The notes beneath the pieces are model-generated. The model saw nothing but the letters and a program-made list of their open reading frames with translations, searched no databases and was not told the origin of the DNA. A program made the position numbers and the translations under genes. A DNA stretch of 64,000 bases, from positions 682,001 to 746,000 of the forward strand of contig CDRNVI010000039.1 in assembly GCA_977017575.1 (NCBI GenBank). The letters run 5' to 3'. Each line of letters opens with the position of its first letter. Position 1 is the stretch's first letter. Shown piece after piece: positions 10,969-22,570 of the stretch. This stretch comes from Paramoeba atlantica (taxonomy: Eukaryota; Protista; Discosea).

Positions 10969-11256
10969 CTAAAGGAAAATGTGCCAACAAGGTACAGAAA
11001 CTGTACCTTGATAATCAATGTTTCTAATGGAAGCTTTGCAAGGATGAAGGTAGCCTAATCTGTTAAATGCAGCAAGAAAAACATCCGGATGAGATAATTC
11101 CGAGGATCCTGCAGAGCTATCTTCTGTCTCAGTTTCATTGGAGTCATCTGTTCCAGAAGATTCGCTTGCTTCTGTTTCAGAAGAATTTTCCTCAGATCTT
11201 GCTTCGTTGAGTGTCGCATCACTTGTTCTAATATTGGAAAAATCATCATCTGACAA
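10969..11256 (-). pseudogene. Acidic Ser/Glu-rich N-terminal gene fragment that runs into an SL-derived junction
   Basis: The last codons of the ORF are encoded by the SL fragment at 10985-11010. Confidence 0.35.
10985..11005 (-). other. Genomic copy of the spliced-leader exon 3' part, with snap-back extension
   Basis: TACAGTTTCTGTACCTTGTTG on the minus strand, not followed by a GT intron; preceded by an inverted copy of its own CCTTG. Confidence 0.8.
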
Positions 11257-12539
11257 CGCGTCCGCTCAAACAGAGCTTGCTTCACCGTCGCTCGGAACAG
11301 CACAATATTGTTTATTATTACTGTGCTCACCCCCACTTATAGTGCCGCGGTTTTCGACCAAACGGCAATATAAGTGGAGGGGGGTAGCATGTTTCAGGTC
11401 GAGGGTGAAAATTTTTCCACCCTCAAAAAAAAAAAGCGCGCCGCTTCGCGGCGCTCATCTTTCTATTACAGTAAAAGTCACAATTCTGAGAATCGTCAGT
11501 TGCACATTCCCGCGTAAAAGAGCACTTTGTTGCAGATTTTCGTCACAATTCTCAGAATTGACCTGTTGCACGTTGACAGCACTTTTTTAGTAGAAATTGG
11601 ATAGATTCTCATTTTTACTGATTTTCTTTTTTCGAAAAAAAATGGTAGCCACAAAAAAGGGAGGTACATGGAAGAATATAAAATAAAGTAAATAAAAACC
11701 CTCTTCAGCAGCACGTCCTCATTGACGTCAACAACTTTGTTAATGAACCTAGCGAAGCCCAAGAAGAACTCTACGGAAAGAGAATGAGTATGAGACAGTG
11801 AAATTCATTTTTCCATTCACTTTTTCCCGAATTTAATTTTCATGATTTTTTTAGTGATTTCAACAATTAATTAATCCCATGTTGTTATACGCTTTAGCTA
11901 TGAGTCTCATTAAATTACGATCTTTGAATTATCATCCCTATGTCTTATTCCCTAGAAAATCGTTGGCCGATAAGCAAGTACATCATTCAAAGCCCCCCTT
12001 TGCCAAGAACCGGGGCCGTTGCAAGTCGTATGAATTCTTTTCCAGTCTCGGCAACGGTAGCTCTTTCCACTGAAGGCAAACGAGACAACGCTAGGATAGG
12101 GGGAGAGTAATATTAGGTATAAAGAGGAAGTGCAGAAGCTGTATGGAACTTTTTTGGCCTTTCTCATTTTTGGTTCGTTTTCTCATTTTTGGAGTTGCAC
12201 GTTGAGATGGCCATTCAGAGACGCATTCTTATTTTTCCTAGTTGCACGTTGACAGCCCAATTCTCATTTTTAGTGATTCCATGAAGTACGTGACTCGATT
12301 TGGAAGAGATTCGGAAGAGAAATCTACAAACTGTAAACCCGAACACCCCTTACTCATGGCGCGGTTACAGAGAAGGGCGACATTTTGCCTTCCCCGGACA
12401 GTCTGGCTCAGCTCCTTGAAAGGGGCTCGCTGCGTACACTATACGCAGTCCAATGCCCTGCATGGAAGGGCCACGAGTGCGCGTTTTGTCCGGCGCCTCG
12501 TTTTCGTGAGAACCAGCAGTCATGGAATGGATGAAGGTA

Positions 12540-13287
12540 ATTAATAATAAAGAGTACCCAATCTCACTTCTCGGCACAAAAGAGAAATTTGCAATCCCCC
12601 CCTGAACTCCCCGCCCAGCTATCCCCGTATACCGCGGCGGTACCAGTCTTGTACCGCCGCCTGCACGATCTGGGCATTGCCCTTCTGAATGGCCACTCCG
12701 AAGGCCATCAGGAGGTGCGAAAGACATCCGTTTTTGTCGGACGTGTGGGCCCGGGCCATCTTGTTAAGGAAGTTCAAGGTCTCTGGGCCCGGTATCCCGT
12801 ATGTGGTGAAGGCTAGGGGGTAAAAGTCCATACCCCTAACGGACGCCACCTTTTCATGAGTGCGCCGTTTGTTGGCCTCCGCCATCCTCAAAGTATGGGA
12901 CGGCTCCGCGGCCTCCTTCTCCACATAGGACGGGGCCAGTGGGTTTACGATGGTGACATCTCCCAGGGCGAGCCTCCGTCCCAGTTGGAAGCAGATGTTC
13001 GGCCCCCTGCCATTGTCGAACCTCGGTTCGCAGAGATCGGGTTTGAACCCGTAGTGCACCAAGAGGTTTCTGAAGGCCTCTTTGACCTCTTTGTGACGGG
13101 AGGCCTGTGTTTTCCCCTTGACCTTGCAGTCCAGTGCGTGTACGCAGAACTCCTCGTTGCGGAGGGTTGCACCGCACACGCACTGGAGCTCAGGTTCCGA
13201 GGTCGGGGCGACCAGGTACCGGAGGCGGGCCGTAGTCTCCCACTGCGGGTCCCGCATGTAGTACTCCGGCCTGTTCGGCAGGGCAGT
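12540..13287 (-). mobile_element. 5'-truncated CRE-clade non-LTR retrotransposon: CCHC plus restriction-like endonuclease (ORF 12619-13257)
   Basis: CVCG...HALDC...RH, RGPN(D)I...GDVTIVNPLAPSY, K...F.PLAFTTYG..G, AIQKGNA. Confidence 0.85.
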
Positions 13288-14631
13288 TTATGAAATGTAG
13301 TAACATTTACTTCACGCAATATAAATTCCAAATGAATGGACGAGGCAGTGCCGAGCGCATATTCCCCAAATACTATTAGTAATTACGTGTAGAACGGTTT
13401 TTTACTCATATGGGTCAACACAAGTTGCTGCACTACAATCAGCATAGGAAAGATTTCTCCCAATCTGTTTTCCGGTTGTTCTGGAGTGCAGAGCGTACGG
13501 AAAGTTCACCAGGTGACACTGTACGACGACTCCGTAGAATTCTTGGATTCCACACATCCCGTCGCTAGAGCATGGGATTTTCGAGACTTTTGTTCTTGTC
13601 GTTTTCAGAAGGGTGACAAAAAATATATAAACCGTGTTCTGGGTTATTGTGCCCCCCGGCACAATAACTAGCTACAGCCACAATATCTACCATTTAGCTT
13701 CTGATTGATAAAAGAATGTCAAATTTGCGAGACAAAAATCATATCTTGGTGGTTCATGAACCATAAATCAGCATCAAGCCTTTGTACACTGGTCGTCAGG
13801 ATAACAATGTACGTATATACGGCCCCTTTTTACATGATACACTTTCCCATGGCATATAAATCAAAGACACGTGAATCGAAACATCGAACAATTGAGGACG
13901 TTGATCCCAATCAGCCTTCTGAAAGTAACTCTAAGTTAGAGTTAACCCGACGCAGTGTTAGTCTAACACTGCGTCAAGTGAGATTTCGTCAGCGAAGACC
14001 ATTCCTACAGATCTAACATCGCGAAAGGCGGGACGCGATGCTACGGTCGTGTTGGAAGAAGCCTTAAAAAGCTCACCCCAACAATCTCAAGTCCAAGCAA
14101 GAGCTCGTAACACAGAGGACTCGGGCATTCCAATCCGGGTGGGCAAAGAAAACAACCTTCTGTCGAGTCCTAGTGTCATAGTACAATGGGGCATTGTTCT
14201 GCGCAAAACGTCGAATACGAAATGTGCCAAATGGCTTCGGAAAACTGAAACTTGTGAGAATACCCCCCCTGAGACAACATAGACCAGCATGTGCACCTGC
14301 AGTGTAAAACGTGCAAAACGAAAGAAGTGTAAGTGTAACGCACATCGATAATAACATTAGGACCGTGAATATTAATTCGGAGACTCCGGATAGATTTGCA
14401 CATGCGGTACTTCCTCCCCTTTTTTCAACAACTTCCTTCCCCGTATCTTCGTTCCTGAAATTTATCAAAATGTATGAGCAGCACCGACCCGTCATGTCCA
14501 CTGAGTCAGCTATTCAAGTTCTTCTGAAAGACGCCTGTGTGCTCAAAGCAATCTAAAATATACTGAACTTACAAGTGACGGTTTTGTAGTATGTAATATA
14601 TTTTATTACTTTATGTTCAGATGACATGCTA

Positions 14632-14907
14632 CCGTATACCCCCCAGTAATAGAATCGATTTTGTACCCAAATGGCCAAATCTCTCTTACTGAGGGGTTTG
14701 CTTTTTTGGTGGGAAAAGACCTTTGTTGTTCATGGATGCATTGATTTTCTGCTCAGACAAGCCTGCAACTACGCCATTCGCTCCCGCGCAACGACCCTCA
14801 CCCAGCCCAGCGCCCCCCACCCGCTCAAACACCCCCTCCCCCCTCCAACCACCCTCCCGAACCTAATCTCTGTTACTGTGGAGGTCTATTATTGGGGGGG
14901 TATACGG
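14632..14907. mobile_element. 276-bp MITE, TA duplication, about 22-bp TIR
   Basis: TA|CCGTATACCCCCCAGTAATAGA ... TCTATTATTGGGGGGGTATACGG|TA. Confidence 0.88.
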
Positions 14908-15385
14908 TAGTAGCAGTAGTAAGAGCTCCTCGCCCTCACCCCTTGTCACCACCCCGTCAGCACTTTAGTTACTTTTTATTTTATCATGCCTTCAAAAGGC
15001 AGAGAATATGTAGATAAATCCGGGGGGCGCATATGACGCTCCCCAGGCTCATCTTTCACAGACACTAAACACGCGCTTCTGTTCTTGTTCATGAACCATC
15101 AAGGCATGAACAATGAAGCCGCTCCAATAAGATGGAGCGGCCTTATTAGAAATTGGTTAAGCGCAGAGATTAGCATATCCTGACTGATTTCTTCGCTCTT
15201 ACGTATGTCGTTCCATTGCCGTAACTGAATAACGTCGCCGTCAATCACAACAAGGAGTTTTTCGGTTTAAAGGGCCTTTTTCGAAGGTAAAGGGCCGCCG
15301 CACTAACCATGCTGAAGCCGTACTATTAACCCGGTGACTTCTGCCTTTCTAACCCAGTCCACGTTTCGTGCATTAGATTGCACAC

Positions 15386-16465
15386 TTATTCGACTATTAT
15401 ATTTTTGTACTTCCCTTTTAGACCATCTTCATAATCAAACCGTTCTGGAATTCTCCAATGCGCTCCAAAATATTCCTCCAAATAAAGAATAGGGGGCACA
15501 TAATATTGTTTCCCACTAAAATCACAAAGTTCAGGTTTAAATGGACTATGTCTATATCGGTACTTACCATATTTTCTCCTATCTGCATCTCCGTAGTAAG
15601 TGGCACACCACACGTAATCTCCGGATACAACAAAGTTCGTTTTCGAAACCGAATCGTACATTTTTACGCTGCCTTTATCGTCGTAAAAAAGATTGACATC
15701 AAGTAATACTTTCGTCCAGCGATGTCTGTATCGTAGTTCTAGGCCGTGGTCGAATTCTCCCAAGACGTCGAAGAGCAAGAAGTTTCGTTTCATGCAAGAT
15801 TGCAATTCCAAGAAGGCATCATGTGAAGTTAGATCCCTGCGAAAAATGCCAATATCGATATCGTTGTCATGTGAAATAAATTTTCCTTCACGATGCGCTC
15901 CCAGTGCAGTTCCAGCGGCAAGGAAGAAAGGAACGTTCGATTCTTCTGCAGCGTATCGAAAATCAGTTAGTGTGGTTTTAAAAAGAGGTTGCTTCACTTC
16001 GTCGGCTTTGTTCGTGTTACCTGTGTCGCTATTTGTGGATGTTGTCATACTACTTTCGGAAATTACTCGGGCTGTTGTTTCGGACGTTGTCCGAGGAATC
16101 TTCATATTGGAAAAACGATCGAAACTGTCCACAACTTTATTTAGGTCATACGAAGCCTCGGGATTTCTTATAAAAGCGGACATTAGCTCGTGGTCGTCGC
16201 GCGACACCATATTTGCATCATGTGTCTCCGGTTTCATTTCCATATATTGTCGATGCTCGACGTTCAATGTATCAGATTCACGGAATCCTCCACTCGGGTC
16301 ATAAAGTTCTCGTTCGCAAGTTGATACACTACTGAGAGTACTATCCCCAGGATTGTATTCACCGCCACTAGCGATTGGTATAAATTTGGTAGAGTGTGGC
16401 AAAATACCGCAAGAACGACATGAAGGTCCTTTGTGAACGTGGGCTAAAAAACGACTAGATGACAT
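15386..16465 (-). CDS. LicD/fukutin-family nucleotidyltransferase-fold protein with low-complexity N-terminal extension
   Basis: FFLAAGTALGAHREGKFISHDNDIDIGI (G-T-L-L-G...PWD.DID motif), VLLDVNLFY, YLEEYFG..WR.P. Confidence 0.8.
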   Translation of the reverse strand: MSSSRFLAHVHKGPSCRSCGILPHSTKFIPIASGGEYNPGDSTLSSVSTCERELYDPSGGFRESDTLNVEHRQYMEMKPETHDANMVSRDDHELMSAFIRNPEASYDLNKVVDSFDRFSNMKIPRTTSETTARVISESSMTTSTNSDTGNTNKADEVKQPLFKTTLTDFRYAAEESNVPFFLAAGTALGAHREGKFISHDNDIDIGIFRRDLTSHDAFLELQSCMKRNFLLFDVLGEFDHGLELRYRHRWTKVLLDVNLFYDDKGSVKMYDSVSKTNFVVSGDYVWCATYYGDADRRKYGKYRYRHSPFKPELCDFSGKQYYVPPILYLEEYFGAHWRIPERFDYEDGLKGKYKNIIVE

Positions 16466-16999
16466 ACAGTGCGGACAACTAGTTTTGTGCTAAAAAAATG
16501 GCAGAAGATCATATAAATGTGACGGAAGACATGTAGATAGTTTTCTCCTTTAATTCTCCTACAAATCCAACATTTTTTAGTTCAGGTCAATGTGGTAAGT
16601 ATCCTCCAAGTAAAATTCTGGAAAAAGCAAGACCTCTAATAGAAATCACATACACGTAATGTATGTTTATCATACACGTACACGTAATGTATGTTTATCA
16701 ACGTAATGTAACATTATTTTCTCTCCCCCTGGTGCAGATCACCTCATCCCACTCAGCCATCATCCCGGTACTGCGGCCTGTGCCATTTGGGCGTTTCCCC
16801 GTTAAGTGTAACATTTCTTTCTTTGAACTTACGGTGTAACAATCAAAGGTTCCTTACGAAGCAAAATGAAACCTATTGCTTGCTTCCCTGTCTCTATGCG
16901 TGATATTCTGTAAAACTGACTACAAACTAGAAGAACTGTCTCTTTTGTCTTTGTTACCCACTATCAGTACTACGCTGTACTATTAACTGTTAACTAGTA

Positions 17000-18089
17000 A
17001 TGTGACCCCCCCTTTAATATGCACACGTTTTTGGGGTTTGTGCGTATTAGGGGGGGGGGGTAAGAGGGGGAAGAACCCGCCCCTCCGGGAAAAACATTGC
17101 GCCGCTTCGCGGCGCCTTTATTTCCTGTGCGTTTTTCGAACTTGATTGATTGATTGATTTTAAGGGCACATATGCCATAGGGACGTACCCTCCCGGAGAT
17201 AGCCGGGCACTAATTTTATTATTATTCCAAAATACACTTATTATTCCAATTTTTTTAGTATTCTGCCACCTGAAAGTTTTCTCAAATTATATTACATGGA
17301 TGCCTTTGTGCCTGGCTACATAGAGAATCTTTTGTATCTATCTTTGGAGAATGCACAAGAAGAACGACGCGGCTACGGCCTAGGGATCGTAGAAGGCTCA
17401 AGCGATGACGATAGTGATTCTGTTTCTTCCGATGAAGAACATGGTAGCGATATAAAAAATGTTAGCCTCGAAACCCCTGATGGGGTTCTACCACTGATGA
17501 CGGCAGTGATAACGAGGAAGGTTTGGAATTTCTAGCAAACTATTTGCAAACTATTCAGTTATTCATCGAAGAAGCAAAAAAGGGGCCACGAGATTCTAAT
17601 TCCATCAAGCGGTGTCAAAAAATCTTGACTAAATACGGCTCACAATGCATTCAGAAGCAGTGTGAAATTTTTTTGAGCGAATGTAGTGAACTACATGCGG
17701 CACTCAAGGAATTTAGTGAAAGCAAAGATACTCCTATGGCCACACACGTTTGCCAAATGTTGGAGCATCTATACGAAATTTCCGAAGGTACAGGAGCACC
17801 ACAAGGATTACGATCATCCCTTTTGCACCACAAGAAAAGACTAGATAAGAATCATAACATGCGTCTCTGGAAACAGGTAATGTCGTTTCGACCAAGTTGG
17901 GTTGTCCTGTTCGGTCGGCCAATACGTCAACATGCTTCGTGATATTGGCGAACTGAAATTTTGTCTGCGCAACCACCGAGAAAAAAAATTATTTTGTTTT
18001 GGGAGGAAAAAAAGTCCACTTTCACCAAAATTTGTGCATATTAAGGGGGGAGGGGGGAAGGGGGTGCATATTAAAGGGGGGGGTCACAG
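17000..18089. mobile_element. 1090-bp TIR element with TA duplication, carrying a frameshifted plus-strand ORF (17296-17535 and 17523-17942)
   Basis: TA|ATGTGACCCCCCCTTTAATATGCAC ... GTGCATATTAAAGGGGGGGGTCACAG|TA. Confidence 0.82.
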
Positions 18090-18230
18090 TACCATAACGT
18101 ATCCCAGGGAAAATGTATTCTGAGACTGATGTGCCGCCTATGTTCCCGAAAAAATTCGAGAAGAACCCGTGAAGATAGGCGAGATAACGAGAAAGACCAT
18201 TTCAGCAAGCGTGGCCATTTAGCAAATTAA

Positions 18231-19964
18231 TTACGCATTGGATAAGGCAGAGCGAATTCTTTCCGTTTCTTTCAAGTATTCCGAAGCCTTCGATATCTTT
18301 ATGTTTTGCTCTGCTGTTCGGTTTTCTAAAGGTTCCGATTTTAGTTGTTCAATCTGACGCAACTTTTTTTCTAAGCCGCGTAAACGCTTAGAGAGATCCT
18401 GCGCATCCGAATCCGACAGCACTGGCGTCACTGGACTCTTCAATGACATAGGCTTCTCGCTTGATTCATGACCCCTGCCATTTTCACTACCCGGTAGTTT
18501 TACCTCACGCGCTATCATCGCTCCAGGGGTACCCGCGTGACGAGTATGGTTTTCTTTTCTAAATGCTGGCACGCCACAAATCTCGCTTTGGACATCCGAT
18601 CGCGAACGCTGCAGCAACAAGGATGCCGTCACGCTCTTATTCTTGGGAACAAAAACACCACTTTTTGAGGGATTCGTATTGAAGGGAATATACACAAACT
18701 CTGGAGTAAAGGATGGCAGCGAGGGATTCGGAAGCCACCGAGCCTCCCACAGGCATTCAAACCCTACTGAGTGTATTTTATCCCCATTGTGGGAATAAAT
18801 CACAATCCGGTTCTCCACACGGGAGCGCTCTTGCACCACACTGCATAGAATGTACCGAGAGCACGGGGACCACTCGAATTGACTGCATTTCATTGAAAAC
18901 GAGCCCAAGTGTCCGGCGCTTTTGCTGGAATCCCCGAGAGCATGCCGGTCCCAAATCGAAAACTGTCCTTGGAGAGCGCCAATGCCACCGAGCGCTACCA
19001 TCCGTCCACTGGGGGTCCACCGCACCTGGTTTCGAGGAGCGACCGGAAAACGAAACAAGACAATCCCAGTGCTATCCAGCACGACGCACTCATTGTTTGG
19101 CATTTTTCCGTAGAGCACAACAAGCTCGACCTTGTGGGGGTGCCACGCAAAATCATGGACATACTCGTCCAGGTTTATTACGAGTTTCATGGATTTCTTC
19201 GTGGCACTGGCCAGGCGCAGTGCGCTTGTTCCGTAATAGCTATTCCCGGTGCTATCTCGCGATGTGGTGGAATGAATAAGAAACGTATCCTGGTCGACAG
19301 CATAGACAATTTTCCCATCCTCGACATCCGGTATTCTGCGAGTGAAAATAGATTTTCGTGGGTCGCACAACGAGAACGTAAACAACGTCCCTTTCTCACT
19401 CACATAGCTTGTCGTAAGAACCGTAAGAAACCTATCCGATAAACCAACAAGATAGGTTTGCTTCTCAGTGAGCGAGAATGGAAATTGCTCCTCCGAGCTC
19501 ATCTCCGAAGGATCGTCAAAGGATCTAAAAAGGCTTATACGACTCCTTCCTAAAGTAAGGCAGTGCGTCTCATCCGACGTCCACAGGAAAGTCGGCCATC
19601 GAAAACTCCCGAGGCTTGCTACGCAGTGTCCAGCTTTTACCCCCCATACGACTGTATTCTCATTGTTGAGATGAGTGGACTGTCCATGCAGATAGGTTCC
19701 GAGCGGTGAGAGCATGGCGTTGCTAAGTTTATCTTTTTTGACCTGGAGAACGAATTCACCAGAGGAATTCCAGACGTTCGCATACATGTATTTTGCAGTA
19801 TGTGCAATACCAAAGAGTCGACCATCTGCACAGAATGTGATGGGTGTTTCAACAAAGTCATTACGCTCACTCAAGATTTTACTTTCAACAAGTCCATCCG
19901 GTGAAATAGATGAAAGGACTAATCCATTGTCCGCCTTCGAAACGAATTGCTCAGAACTTGGCAT
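18231..19964 (-). CDS. EIF2A: Translation initiation factor eIF2A (beta-propeller)
   Basis: SPLGTYL, WP...W..DE, TG.SYYG, VHDFAWHP...VVLYG.MP, PRNQV.W.P.GR..ALGG.G.L.G....WD, W.PC.RY, R.RV.N; coiled-coil tail LRGLEKKLRQIEQLK. Confidence 0.93.
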   Translation of the reverse strand: MPSSEQFVSKADNGLVLSSISPDGLVESKILSERNDFVETPITFCADGRLFGIAHTAKYMYANVWNSSGEFVLQVKKDKLSNAMLSPLGTYLHGQSTHLNNENTVVWGVKAGHCVASLGSFRWPTFLWTSDETHCLTLGRSRISLFRSFDDPSEMSSEEQFPFSLTEKQTYLVGLSDRFLTVLTTSYVSEKGTLFTFSLCDPRKSIFTRRIPDVEDGKIVYAVDQDTFLIHSTTSRDSTGNSYYGTSALRLASATKKSMKLVINLDEYVHDFAWHPHKVELVVLYGKMPNNECVVLDSTGIVLFRFPVAPRNQVRWTPSGRMVALGGIGALQGQFSIWDRHALGDSSKSAGHLGSFSMKCSQFEWSPCSRYILCSVVQERSRVENRIVIYSHNGDKIHSVGFECLWEARWLPNPSLPSFTPEFVYIPFNTNPSKSGVFVPKNKSVTASLLLQRSRSDVQSEICGVPAFRKENHTRHAGTPGAMIAREVKLPGSENGRGHESSEKPMSLKSPVTPVLSDSDAQDLSKRLRGLEKKLRQIEQLKSEPLENRTAEQNIKISKASEYLKETERIRSALSNA

Positions 19965-20265
19965 AATGGAGAGTAGTGTTACCTATTTCTATATGATTAT
20001 TTTTTAGATTGCAACAAAACCAAGAAAATCTAAGAACGACCTAATAGCGTGTTTAAGATTCTTGTTCAAGTTCTCCCATATGTCTTCAGGTGAACACATA
20101 CGACGTAAGGAATCCCATTAGTACATTCATAAGTATAGATTTTCTAAATTAACTCTTCAATGTCATGATCTACAAGTATCATCACTACAGAGAGAATCGT
20201 TGCTGGGGACAAAACTTGGAAATTATGACTACCGTATAGAGATCATAGGGGTTGAAACTCGGACA

Positions 20266-21270
20266 TCAGTCCTCTGCATTAGGTGCCAAGTAGAACGTTA
20301 ACGTACTCCCGTTTTCTGTTTTATACTGCAATACACATGGCGTATCTCTTTTAAGCTGAATCACAACTTTTTTAGCACACTTATGCGCCTTAGAGAAAGA
20401 GCTCATAAACCGTAAGGCGAACCGCAATTCCACTGGTTGTATTATCTCGATCCCGATATCATCCGATGGAAAAGGAATTTCATCTTCACCATTCTCATGT
20501 TCCCTCTTTATCTCCTGCTCCCTCTTTATTTCCAGTTCGTTCTTTATTTCCGTTTCTTTCTTTATCTCCTGTTTTACGATGCTGAATTCTCTGGAATGTG
20601 GAGCTATGGCTTGAGCAACGAGTCTTAGTCGGCCACATCCGTGATCTCCATTGCCTCCAAATTCGATGTAAGGCCCTGCACATGAAATTTCATCAAGGAA
20701 TCCATTTTGAGTTTTTCCATGTGTGCTTTCCAAGTTTGTTTCAACGATTTCATCATCTTCAACGTGCTGATCAATTTTTATGTGTATTGTATCTCCGAAC
20801 TGTCGTAAATCTTGACAGTACCGAAGCAGTAGTGTACTCGGCATCACCACCCGAGTGCTGTAACCAAGACTTGGAGTATCCGCAATATCAGGTGTCAGTG
20901 TGCGCAACAATATAAGGAAGACACTCAAACGGGAAACACTATGCTCAATCTCTACCTCGATGGATTCTGAGGCCGTCAACGCGTCGTATCGCAGGGTAAC
21001 GGAGAGCGTATCCCGTTCCACCCCTTTGAGCGCGGTACGAAGGTGAGCCATACTCAACCCAACGCACACATTTCTCTCGCATTGGAACTTCTCTATACGA
21101 TCCGCTGGGACTTTGAAGGATACCAACGCGACGTGCGAGGTGTCCATGCCTTGAAACACCAGCCCGCCAGGATCACCCACCAAGGCAGTTTCGGGAAAAA
21201 TATCCGTAATGCACTCAATCACACTCCTCACTTCGTACGCTGCTGCTCCGGAGAACGTGGCTTCCAGCAT
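20266..21270 (-). CDS. PCNA: Divergent PCNA sliding clamp with two long insertions
   Basis: MLEATF, QGMDTSHVALV, MPS..L...C.DL.QFGDT, V.LRFALRFM..FSKA, P..L.Y......L.FYLAP; 334 aa versus about 260 aa in typical PCNA. Confidence 0.9.
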   Translation of the reverse strand: MLEATFSGAAAYEVRSVIECITDIFPETALVGDPGGLVFQGMDTSHVALVSFKVPADRIEKFQCERNVCVGLSMAHLRTALKGVERDTLSVTLRYDALTASESIEVEIEHSVSRLSVFLILLRTLTPDIADTPSLGYSTRVVMPSTLLLRYCQDLRQFGDTIHIKIDQHVEDDEIVETNLESTHGKTQNGFLDEISCAGPYIEFGGNGDHGCGRLRLVAQAIAPHSREFSIVKQEIKKETEIKNELEIKREQEIKREHENGEDEIPFPSDDIGIEIIQPVELRFALRFMSSFSKAHKCAKKVVIQLKRDTPCVLQYKTENGSTLTFYLAPNAED

Positions 21271-21464
21271 ATGGGGGCGGATAGCAGTAAAAAAGCTTTT
21301 ATTATAACTTTTATGTGCAAAAAAAGTACTTGGCTAAGAAATAAGGAATTCACGTACCGCACGTAACATTCGGTACGAAAGTACATTGTACCCCTTTTGC
21401 ATATTTGAGTACAGTAGGTCGAGGTCGGTATACCGAGTATCTCGGGGAACAAAAGTCTGACGGA

Positions 21465-21893
21465 CTATGTTAGGGAATTTCTCTGCAAAAACTGAATATT
21501 GGAAAGTGCGGCATGCTGTTCGTCAAGTTGTCGCAAGGTGTAAAAAAGTTTTTTCGCGGATGAAAACGCAGATATGGAAGAGGACATTAATACACAGCCT
21601 ATACAAAGTGTCCAAGGATTCGTACAACGTAACACAGAAGAAGATAATTCTGGGACAAAACTAAACCGATATAGTACGCTTTTTGTTGGACTAGAAAAGG
21701 ACCATAGTCTCCTATATGCTGCGACCGACAATGATATACAGAATATGCCTCCTGCTAAGCCGATGCAACTACTTTTGTGTCCAGCCTCGGCATCCCTTAA
21801 TCCCATTTGAAACAGGTCATTGGCATACTTTAGTTCTTCGGTTAGACGACTTGGCTCCGTAAAAGTATTACGCTCATAATTCTCATATTGCAT
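21465..21893 (-). CDS. Hypothetical protein with two hydrophobic segments
   Basis: 142-aa ORF on the cluster strand with short intergenic spacing; no recognised domain. Confidence 0.55.
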   Translation of the reverse strand: MQYENYERNTFTEPSRLTEELKYANDLFQMGLRDAEAGHKSSCIGLAGGIFCISLSVAAYRRLWSFSSPTKSVLYRFSFVPELSSSVLRCTNPWTLCIGCVLMSSSISAFSSAKKLFYTLRQLDEQHAALSNIQFLQRNSLT

Positions 21894-22241
21894 ATCAAAT
21901 TAGATGTATAGATTCACGAAAAATGTGGAATCGGCAGTTTAGATTTAAGACCTAACTTGGATTTAGATTGTATTTATAAGACCCTTGTACATACTACATA
22001 CATTATACATGACATGTCATGTACTATACAGGGGGTGACACGAAATTATAAGAGGGGGTCAAAATTCGTATAAATTATCCAATTTTGGAAAGTAGCATCG
22101 CAGTCGAGAGCTCTCGCAGAGATACGTGTTACTTGATACTGCATTTCCCGCATTTTTAAAGTTTTAATTTTGGACAGAAAAATCCGTTTTTGGAGCTTGC
22201 AATTTTCTTTAGTCTCATCGATTTTTCCTATATTTTAGGTA

Positions 22242-22570
22242 CTGTGACCCCCCCTTTGTACTTCGCCCATTTTGAGCAGTAACGAAGTATAAAGGCGGGG
22301 ATCTGAATATTTTCCCCGCTGTAAAAACAAGTGTAAAAAAAGGCCGCGCCGTTTCGCGGCGCGGCTCATCCAGTTTTCCTGTCTTTCCTTCTATATCACC
22401 TTCCATTTCTAGAAGGGAACACTTAGAACGTTCTTATTTTTTTTCTAAAAATTTTAGAAAAATTACGAAAATTTTAAAAAATAATTGTCTCCCCTTCGGG
22501 GGCACACGAAAAACGAGGTACTATAAAAAAAGGGGGAGTCTGACCAGCGAAGTATAAAGGGGGGTTACAG
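22242..22570. mobile_element. 329-bp MITE, TA duplication, about 25-bp TIR
   Basis: TA|CTGTGACCCCCCCTTTGTACTTCGC ... GCGAAGTATAAAGGGGGGTTACAG|TA. Confidence 0.88.

Noticed and set aside
13340-14560. Several short ORFs (for example 14073-14501)
   Set aside because: No recognisable domain, competing frames on both strands; cannot be supported as genes.
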